From the NCBI RefSeq assembly GCF_001545095.1, contig NZ_CP013213.1:1800001-1832000 (forward strand): a DNA stretch of 32,000 bases. The letters run 5' to 3'. Of the stretch, positions 24,952 through 32,000 are shown piece by piece. Below the pieces are notes generated by a model, which did not search any database, was not told the origin of the DNA, and was given only the letters and a program-made list of their open reading frames with translations. The position numbers and the translations under genes were made by a program. This DNA is from Erysipelothrix larvae (lineage in GTDB: Bacteria > Bacillota_I > Bacilli_A > Erysipelotrichales > Erysipelotrichaceae). Every line of letters begins with the position of its first letter. Position 1 is the stretch's first letter.

Positions 24952-26421
24952 ATGAAGAAACAAAAAGGATCAAATCCAAAAAGAGATCTTACAATGAAAC
25001 GTTTTGGATGGGTAGTCTTGGGAATTCAAGCGTTATTTTCTGCGTTATCGATTTACGCAATTATCGATGCGAATGTTTTACCAACACGTTATCTATTAAT
25101 TGCAATGGGCGTGATCGTACTGCTCCTTATCTTGATGGGTCTATGGGTCATGAAGACCAAAGGCTTTGCATCACGAATTATCAGTTTAATATTATCGATT
25201 GTGATTTTACTGGGAACCATCTACGTCATGAATGCCAGTGGTTTTATTGGTGGTGTAACTGGAGGGAGTACAAATACACACGTTATTAACGTACTTGTAT
25301 TGGATGAAAGTCCTGCGAAAAATATTTCCGATGTCAAAGATGAGCAGTTTGGTGTAAATACACAACAAGAACAAGAAACTGCAAACCGTGCAGTAACCCT
25401 TATTAAAGAGAAAGACAACATTGATATCTCAATTAAGGCATATTCTGATTATGAAACCATGATTGATGATCTCTATGATGGAACGGTCAAAGTGATCATT
25501 ATGAGTGAAGGAAACATGTCATTAATGGATGAAATTGATGAAAACTTCACAAGTAACGTACGTATTATTGCGTCTTACAAGTATGAAGAAGAAGTCGTAC
25601 AAAGAGACACACGTCCTGACGTCTTAAAGGAAACCTACAGTATCTTCCTCAGTGGAATTGATACCTATGGACCAGTTTCCACAGTATCACGTTCAGATGT
25701 GAATATGATTATTACCGTGAACCCAAAAACAAATCAAATTTTACTCACAAGTATTCCACGTGATTACTTCGTAACCCTAGCATCACGAGGTGCGAAGGAT
25801 AAACTCACCCATGCGGGACTTTATGGTGTTGAAGAATCCATGAATACACTTGAAAACTTATTGGACATCGATATTGATTTCTATGTTCGTGTTAATTTCT
25901 CATCTGTAACCGATATTGTGGATGCTTTGGGTGGCGTTGAAGTTTATACTAAATATAACTTTATTACGTTACCTGAACACGGTGGATATCGATTTACTGC
26001 AGGGAATAACTCAGTAAATGGCGCACAAGCATTGTCATTTGTGCGTGAACGTTACAACTTGCCAAATGGTGATAATGATCGTGTTTACCACCAACAACAA
26101 CTTGTACAAGGGATCTTAAATAAAGCAATGTCACCATCCATTATTACACGCTTTAGTTCAGTCCTTAACTCAGTGTCAGGTTCACTTCAAATGAGTTTCT
26201 CAGAAAGTGAACTCACATCCATTATTCGTCATCAAGTGGATTCGATGGAAAGCTGGGATATCCAACAAGTACAATTAACCGGTACGGGATCATCGGGTGT
26301 TACATACAGTATGCCAGGACGCAATTTATACATTATGATTCCAAACCAAGATTCAGTAAACCGTGCATCATCATTAATCCATCAAATGGAAAAGGGTGAA
26401 GTAGTTCAAGTTACAGATTAA
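24952..26421 (+). CDS. LCP (LytR-CpsA-Psr) family cell-wall glycopolymer ligase
   Basis: It has an N-terminal transmembrane anchor. The LCP core reads LSGIDTYGPVSTVSRSDVNMIITVNPKTNQILLTSIPRDYFV, followed by FVRERYNLPNGDNDRVYHQQ. Confidence 0.9.
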   Translation: MKKQKGSNPKRDLTMKRFGWVVLGIQALFSALSIYAIIDANVLPTRYLLIAMGVIVLLLILMGLWVMKTKGFASRIISLILSIVILLGTIYVMNASGFIGGVTGGSTNTHVINVLVLDESPAKNISDVKDEQFGVNTQQEQETANRAVTLIKEKDNIDISIKAYSDYETMIDDLYDGTVKVIIMSEGNMSLMDEIDENFTSNVRIIASYKYEEEVVQRDTRPDVLKETYSIFLSGIDTYGPVSTVSRSDVNMIITVNPKTNQILLTSIPRDYFVTLASRGAKDKLTHAGLYGVEESMNTLENLLDIDIDFYVRVNFSSVTDIVDALGGVEVYTKYNFITLPEHGGYRFTAGNNSVNGAQALSFVRERYNLPNGDNDRVYHQQQLVQGILNKAMSPSIITRFSSVLNSVSGSLQMSFSESELTSIIRHQVDSMESWDIQQVQLTGTGSSGVTYSMPGRNLYIMIPNQDSVNRASSLIHQMEKGEVVQVTD

Positions 26422-26550
26422 TTCAAAAATTAATAATTTTGCGTTTGTTGTTCTCACAACGATTGTTTCTACACTTTAATTAAAAGGCTTTGTTCAAGTT
26501 GTGGCACAGTATTTAGTTCGAAAAATTGTTTCGTATACTAATGATACAAT

Positions 26551-26727
26551 TTATTTGTATTTTCGGATAAAGAGCATAGAGGACCCTTTTCTAAACTGAG
26601 TGAAATTTTGACTGCCATTGGTAATTGCAATATAAGAGCGAATCCTTGAGTTCGCATTTTCTGCAAAAGCATTTATATTCATTATGTGGGTGAATAAAGG
26701 AACTAATATTTTCTTGTTTCCGATATA
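26551..26727 (-). pseudogene. transposase C-terminal remnant (ISL3-like pattern)
   Basis: Hand translation gives ...INAFAENANSRIRSYIAITNGSQNFTQFRKGSSMLFIRKYK*. This follows the N...E..N..I(K/R)......G..NF..FR pattern. A stop codon lies upstream. Confidence 0.35.
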
Positions 26728-27245
26728 TCAGAAAACTTAAAATCTGACAAAACAAAGAAAAAGTCTAGGGGTAGTTATCTAAAGTAATCATATAAAAATT
26801 CAAAATGATCGCAAAAAAAATGAGATGATCTCAGAATATTCCATCTCCGGACTTACTGAAAATCATCTCTTTTTCTTTGTTGTTACCCACACGGTATTTT
26901 AGAGCGCGATTTCTCAAAACCACACGCTATTTTAAATTACTCATATAGTCTGCTAAAGTAGCCACAAGTGATAACTTGCTGAGAACAATTTTCGACATTC
27001 ACAAGAGTCGCAACACATATGTTGTCTAGCACTATTATCACATAAAATCAAAGTGCTATGTTGTATAGTTGTTTTTGTCATACTCGGTTTTCAGTTACCA
27101 TTAATAAAATATATACTTAACTAAGCTTATCTAATTTTCTTACACAATTTTAATAGAAACTGTATAAGAGCAATCTAATATTAGTTATTTTTCACAGAAA
27201 AAAGAGTTTGTTAATATGATTGTTATAGGGAAGCTTTGCACTATA

Positions 27246-28412
27246 CTATATTATATTTGTCCACATTTCTATTATCTGTTTCAAATTGAAATCATCAGCT
27301 CTTTTTTTTGCATTAATTCCCATTTGAACCCTCTCCTTGTAGTCTCTTGAAATTTTATTCATTGCAGCTGCAAATAAATTCACATCATATTTCTCTATAA
27401 GATTTCCACAATCATACCCATTTAAAATTTCATGGGGTCCAGTTGTATCGAAAGAAATTACCGGAACTCCCATTTCCAAGCTTTCCACGACTACAAGCCC
27501 AAATCCTTCAAGTTTTGATGAAAGTAAAAAACAACTACTATCTAACAAGTAATCCTGAATGTTGTTAATTCGTCCGTGTAAAAAAACTTTATCTCCTAAA
27601 TTGTAAAATTTAATTCTTTCTTTAATTTGATCTTTTATATTGCCTTCCCCCAGAATAGATAAACTCCATCCATTATTCTCATTGCAAAAAATACTGAATG
27701 CTTCCAACATCATATCAAATCCTTTTACAGGATCCAGTCTTCCTGCTGCTAAGAATTTTTTACTAGTTAAATTGGATTGTTTGTCTGACTCAAAGCTTTT
27801 AGCATTATAGATTCTGATGCAATCATAATCAAATACCTCTTTCATACGTCTTTTATCATAATCAGTCAATACTACATAGTTATCCAAATTTGGCAACAAT
27901 TTCTTAACCATCCGGTGCTCATTAATCATGCGCATATTTTTCTCATTAAAATATCCTTCAAAACTACTATGTTGCCATCCAATTGTTGTGCAATTTAGTT
28001 TAGGCGCAATCATAGCTAAGGTGAAAATCATTTCAGATCCTAGAGCTATGACAGTATCGTACTTTCCGGTCTTAATATTAGATTCAACTGCAACCTTGCA
28101 AGTCTTATCAGACAGTAAGTATTCACATATTCTTGAACTCCAACTAAATATTTTTGTTTTTCTATTCAATCCACGAAATTTTTTTAATAAGAATCTGTTT
28201 ACCCTTTCTATTTTATTATATTCTTTTGGATAATATATATTAATGGTATTCTTTAGACCAAAAATACTTCTGTCTTCTTTAGTCTCAATGTCTCTGCAAA
28301 AAATAGATACATCATACCCTAACGAGACAAATTCATTGGCATAGACAGATAGAACACGCTGTTCACCTCCCAAAGTAAACAAACTATCTATTATAAACAA
28401 AATTTTTTTTCT
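27246..28412 (-). CDS. GT4-family (GT-B) glycosyltransferase
   Basis: The EGFGLVVVESLEMGVPVIS E-x7-E motif is present. The N-terminus KKILFIIDSLFTLGGEQR is typical of the family. The ATG at 28412 is preceded by AGGAGAA. Confidence 0.85.
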   Translation of the reverse strand, partial: RKKILFIIDSLFTLGGEQRVLSVYANEFVSLGYDVSIFCRDIETKEDRSIFGLKNTINIYYPKEYNKIERVNRFLLKKFRGLNRKTKIFSWSSRICEYLLSDKTCKVAVESNIKTGKYDTVIALGSEMIFTLAMIAPKLNCTTIGWQHSSFEGYFNEKNMRMINEHRMVKKLLPNLDNYVVLTDYDKRRMKEVFDYDCIRIYNAKSFESDKQSNLTSKKFLAAGRLDPVKGFDMMLEAFSIFCNENNGWSLSILGEGNIKDQIKERIKFYNLGDKVFLHGRINNIQDYLLDSSCFLLSSKLEGFGLVVVESLEMGVPVISFDTTGPHEILNGYDCGNLIEKYDVNLFAAAMNKISRDYKERVQMGINAKKRADDFNLKQIIEMWTNII

Positions 28413-28615
28413 CATATATTCTCCTATAACTTTAACTAAGTAGTACAAAATAATGTATGTGTATTCCTGATACTACCAAACCAGGAAGAATGTTTATCAT
28501 AAAAAAGAGTGCTGTTACTATTAGATTCAACTGTGACTAATCAAAATTAGACAAGTGTATTTGTCAACTGAATAATGGTCCAAATCTCAATTGAAAACTG
28601 GTCCACTACCGTTTG

Positions 28616-29362
28616 TCATTCTTTGCTCTTTAGCCAAGCAATTGTTTCTTCAACACGATAACTCTCTCCACTCATATTTAATAGATGTGATTTATAGGTT
28701 AAGCGGTCGACTAGAGCAGTTGTTAGAATGGGATCTTTGAATATTTCTTCCCATCTATCAAACATTAAATTTGTTGTAATAATCATAGAGCCCACTGTTA
28801 TTCTATTTGAGATTAGATTGAATAGAATTTCACTTCCTTCTTTATCAAATGACACATAGCCGAGTTCATCAAGAATTACTAGATCAAATTTTTCAAACTT
28901 CTTTTTGTATTGCGTAATTTGATTTTTTGACATAGCTTCTTTTAACTCTATAATTAGATTAGGAACGCTGATAAATAGCACTTTTTTATTTTCTAGACAA
29001 GCTTTGATTCCAAGTGCGGTCGCATAATGTGTTTTTCCCATTCCAGGATTACTCATTAAGATAATGTTTTCTTTATTTTCTATAAAGTTCAATGTTTCCA
29101 GTTCTTTAAACTTTCGTTTTAATTCTGAATTAAATTTTACAGTCGTAAAATCCTCCAATGTCTTGTTTTGAGGAAATCGAGCAGCACGAATGCGTTGTTT
29201 TATTCCGTTGTCACGACGATTGTTTCGTTCGCAATAAAGCAGTTCGTTAAGAAATTCTTGAAAATCCAATCCTTTGTGTTTCGCTTCCTGTATTGCTGCT
29301 TCATAGTGTGTTTTTATGAATGAAAGTTTTAATTCTTTTGACAATTGTTCAATTGTTTCCAT
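28616..29362 (-). CDS. istB: IS21-family IstB ATP-binding helper
   Basis: Walker A NPGMGKTHYA and Walker B LVILDELGY. It lies 11 nt downstream of istA. Confidence 0.9.
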   Translation of the reverse strand: METIEQLSKELKLSFIKTHYEAAIQEAKHKGLDFQEFLNELLYCERNNRRDNGIKQRIRAARFPQNKTLEDFTTVKFNSELKRKFKELETLNFIENKENIILMSNPGMGKTHYATALGIKACLENKKVLFISVPNLIIELKEAMSKNQITQYKKKFEKFDLVILDELGYVSFDKEGSEILFNLISNRITVGSMIITTNLMFDRWEEIFKDPILTTALVDRLTYKSHLLNMSGESYRVEETIAWLKSKE

Positions 29363-29373
29363 TAATTTTTCTC

Positions 29374-30822
29374 CTAATGCATTAATTGGCTTATTTTCTT
29401 AAGTTGTTTACGTGATTGTTCTTGTATGCTGTCATCATACTCAACGGTGTCAATTGTATTTGAAACCAACCGATACTTTAAAGCATCTTTGAGCGTTTTA
29501 TACGTTTCATTCCTGTTTTCTTGAAGAATTTCTATGAACTCTTTAGTTCTTGTTTTATAATGATTATGGTAGATGTTATAAAGCTCAGGATGTTGTTTTA
29601 GGACAAGTGAATTCTTTACGGATCCCGGCTTAGTCATCATTGTATTCAGATAGTGGTCCAACACAAGCTGATATTGATGGTGACCATCTATCTTTTTATG
29701 TTCGTACACAAATGTGTGATTTGAATAGATGCGTATCGAATTTACGGTGTTTTTGACCGTAACTCTTTTGTGTTGGAGATAGTCTGGGACTGAATAAAAA
29801 TTATTTTCAACGTGTATACAACCATACTTGTCAACACTATATACTTCGATATCAGCGAATTCATAAGGAATTCTGTAAGGTTGAAGTTCTTTCTTTTCAT
29901 CTTCGATTGAACTCTTTATATTGATTTCATCAAGAGTCTGTTCAAGATGAACACATGCCTCTTCAAATGTTTCAAACTTATAGTCCTTTGCGAATACACG
30001 ATTTCGAATTACCTTAACACTGTTTTCTACACTTCCTTTTTCATGACCACTTCGTATATTAGTCAGGTTAATTTCAAAATTATAATAGAGTGCCAGTTTG
30101 AGGCAATCATCATTAATTTCTTTTTCATAAGGCGTTATAAAGCGCTTCACGACGTTTCTCATATTGTCATATACAACTTCACCCCAAGAGCCTTTAGAAT
30201 GCTCAAAGAAGCGAACATGTGCATCTATGAATACTTGTTTGCGTTGGTTTGGATATAAATATGCATACCGATATCCGCTTGCTGGTGATGAGAAAACAGC
30301 GAGATAATATGTTCTTAGTTCACCATTAATTAAAAGCTTTACTTCTCCAAAGTCAAACTCTAACCGCTCACCATATCGATAATCTTGTCGAATAAATGTT
30401 TCTCGTGAAGCTTGAATTTCATGCACAAAATTTCGTATGGTTGTCTGACCAATATCATGTCCCTCGCTTTTGATAATTTCAAATATTTGAGTGACTGTTA
30501 ACTTTTGCTTATGATGTCTTCCTAGTAACATATCTTTATCTTTTTCTGAATCCATAATTTCAATGATGCGTGCTTGAATTTCTTGCGTTAACTTGCGCTT
30601 ACCTCGTTTGCTTGCATCATAGTGACGGTCCCCAACAATTTGATCAATGACTTCTACTTTTCTTTCGTCTGATAAATCATGATTATCAATCAATTGTATT
30701 TGACATTTATTATATTCCTGAAGATACCGTGCGACCGTCTTTCGGTCTATACCCAATTCAAGGGCAATCTTTCTGTTGGACCATCCTTTCTTTTTTAATG
30801 TGATAATTGAATATTTGCTCAT
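29374..30822 (-). CDS. istA: IS21-family IstA transposase
   Basis: The N-terminal HTH reads SIITLKKKGWSNRKIALELGIDRKTVARYL, followed by a DDE integrase-like core. I chose the start at ATG 30822 (MSKYS) because GGAGGTGAAAGAGG lies upstream. Confidence 0.9.
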   Translation of the reverse strand: MSKYSIITLKKKGWSNRKIALELGIDRKTVARYLQEYNKCQIQLIDNHDLSDERKVEVIDQIVGDRHYDASKRGKRKLTQEIQARIIEIMDSEKDKDMLLGRHHKQKLTVTQIFEIIKSEGHDIGQTTIRNFVHEIQASRETFIRQDYRYGERLEFDFGEVKLLINGELRTYYLAVFSSPASGYRYAYLYPNQRKQVFIDAHVRFFEHSKGSWGEVVYDNMRNVVKRFITPYEKEINDDCLKLALYYNFEINLTNIRSGHEKGSVENSVKVIRNRVFAKDYKFETFEEACVHLEQTLDEINIKSSIEDEKKELQPYRIPYEFADIEVYSVDKYGCIHVENNFYSVPDYLQHKRVTVKNTVNSIRIYSNHTFVYEHKKIDGHHQYQLVLDHYLNTMMTKPGSVKNSLVLKQHPELYNIYHNHYKTRTKEFIEILQENRNETYKTLKDALKYRLVSNTIDTVEYDDSIQEQSRKQLKKISQLMH

Positions 30823-31485
30823 TTGTGATATCACCTCTTTCACCTCCAAAAGCATTATCACACACTTCTGAAGTTATAAAAATAGTGGACCAGTTTTCAA
30901 TTGAGAATTGGCCCACTTTTAGATTAACAAATACAACAAGACGACTACTCATGAAAAATTTTAGCACAGAAAACTACAATACACAATCATAGAGTATGAG
31001 CATTAACTAAAATACCTACAATGAACTTTAAGAACTGCTCAATCACTTGCTTAAGACAAACCTAACTGTTTTCTTAACTATTATATACATGGTGTTTGTG
31101 GTTGTAATTTTGCGTAATTCAGGGAACGAATTTTATTCACTTGAGACCTCAAAACCATTTGGCAATCAATAAAGGTTTGGATACCAAAAGATCGTAGCAG
31201 TGACTTCCACCAACAAACTATTCACCGTATGCACCAAGGACGGTTGATTTGGGAACGTCCTTTCATCGTATATATCTTTTAAGGTATAACTACTTCAAAG
31301 ATTTCAAATTTCATCGGAAAAAAGTTAGATATGCTTACCGAACAAAAAACATTTCTAATATCACAAGTGTTGTTAGGTAACATGTATAAGCGTTTCATTC
31401 TAGAATTTTTCTTCAAATCAAACTACCTTATGAGACTAGTTAATTAATTACCTATTCTTTCTGATGAAATCTTTAAAAACATAGT

Positions 31486-32000
31486 CTAGTTTTCCTCAAA
31501 CAAATCACGTGTATAAACTTTTGAAGTAACGTCTATTAAATCATCACTCCATCTATTAGCCAAGATAACATCGGAAATCTTCTTAAACTCCGATACATCA
31601 CTTACTACTCTTGACTTGAAGAAAGTATCTTCTTTCATTGTGGGTTCATATATAACAACCTCAATACCTTTAGCCTTAATTCTCTTCATTATTCCCTGAA
31701 TCGCACTCTGCCTATAATTATCAGAACCTGATTTCATTGTTAGTCGATAAATCCCAACTATCGCAGGATTCTTTTGAATAATCATATTGGATATATGGTC
31801 TTTACGTGTTCTATTAGCATCAACTATTGCAGAAATCATGTTTTGAGGAACATTTTGATAATTTGCTAATAGTTGCTTAGTATCTTTTGGCAAACAATAT
31901 CCACCATAACCAAAAGAAGGGTTGTTATAATGCATTCCAATCCTTGGATCTAAACCAACGCCTTCAATGATTTTTTTTGAGTCTAAATCATTAACTTCAG
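31486..32000 (-). CDS. ugd: UDP-glucose 6-dehydrogenase, C-terminal part; the gene continues past the right edge
   Basis: The motif [18 protein letters not shown] is present. The frame stays open upstream of the track's Met ([13 protein letters not shown]) to the window edge. Confidence 0.85.
   Translation of the reverse strand, partial: EVNDLDSKKIIEGVGLDPRIGMHYNNPSFGYGGYCLPKDTKQLLANYQNVPQNMISAIVDANRTRKDHISNMIIQKNPAIVGIYRLTMKSGSDNYRQSAIQGIMKRIKAKGIEVVIYEPTMKEDTFFKSRVVSDVSEFKKISDVILANRWSDDLIDVTSKVYTRDLFEEN

Larger units (their letters stand above)
28556..30935 (-). mobile_element. intact IS21-family insertion sequence (istA-istB), 2380 bp
   Basis: The termini are 5'-TGTATTTGT...ACAAATACA-3'. 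A 32-nt near-palindromic motif centred on TCAATTGA is present at both ends (28575-28606 and 30885-30916), with 29 of 32 positions matching in inverted orientation. The element is flanked by the 5-bp direct repeat ACAAG (28551-28555 and 30936-30940). Confidence 0.9.

Noticed and set aside
24903-25289. 128-aa ORF overlapping the start of the LCP gene
   Set aside because: It is in a different frame of the same strand from a well-supported LCP CDS. It is Cys/Trp/Arg-rich nonsense with no ribosome binding site.
30758-30992. Two small ORFs (69 and 61 aa) across the IS21 right end
   Set aside because: They cover the istA 5' UTR and the terminal repeat region. The identical 116 bp recurs as non-coding DNA in the mini-element. 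They are most likely artefacts.
30941-31485. A 545-bp ORF-free stretch between IS21 and ugd containing a short frame reading VWIPKDRSSDFHQQTIHRMHQGRLIWERPF
   Set aside because: I could not match the peptide to any family with confidence. It is probably a decayed gene fragment, and there is not enough evidence to annotate it.

Overview
This is a chromosomal segment from a low-GC Gram-positive bacterium (Bacillota). The lineage call rests on the LPXTG sorting signal, the LCP protein, the PRD/PTS regulator and the GGAGG-type ribosome binding sites. The window has three parts. (1) 1-11.6 kb is ordinary core DNA. It holds a minus-strand ketose PTS operon (PRD regulator, EIIA, EIIB, EIIC, class II aldolase), an Fe-alcohol dehydrogenase, a TauE/SafE permease and an M19 dipeptidase. 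It also holds an LPXTG surface protein with Fn3-like repeats, a DUF985 cupin and an Mga-like HTH regulator. (2) About 11.65-24.7 kb is a visibly more AT-rich accessory island full of IS debris. It carries four unrelated immunity-type genes: an AbiEi/AbiEii toxin-antitoxin pair whose antitoxin is split at an A7 slippery tract, a NucS-like PD-(D/E)XK plus DUF5655 protein, an orphan 618-aa protein, and a solitary RloC/PrrC-like AAA_13 ATPase with a CPFC zinc hook. The 618-aa protein has a canonical RNxxxH HEPN motif, a 12-bp tandem repeat insert and about 430 aa I cannot assign. The island also holds fragments of IS21, IS66 and ISL3 elements, a 315-bp MITE-like IS21 derivative, and three copies of the 5' end and promoter of the Mga-like regulator; two of these are 645-bp direct repeats spaced 4701 bp apart. 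(3) 24.9-32 kb is a cell-envelope polysaccharide region (LCP, GT4 glycosyltransferase, UDP-glucose 6-dehydrogenase) interrupted by an intact IS21-family element with a 5-bp target duplication. The best candidate for something undescribed is the 618-aa HEPN-like protein at 16547-18403. All family calls are made by eye from motifs and no database search was run.
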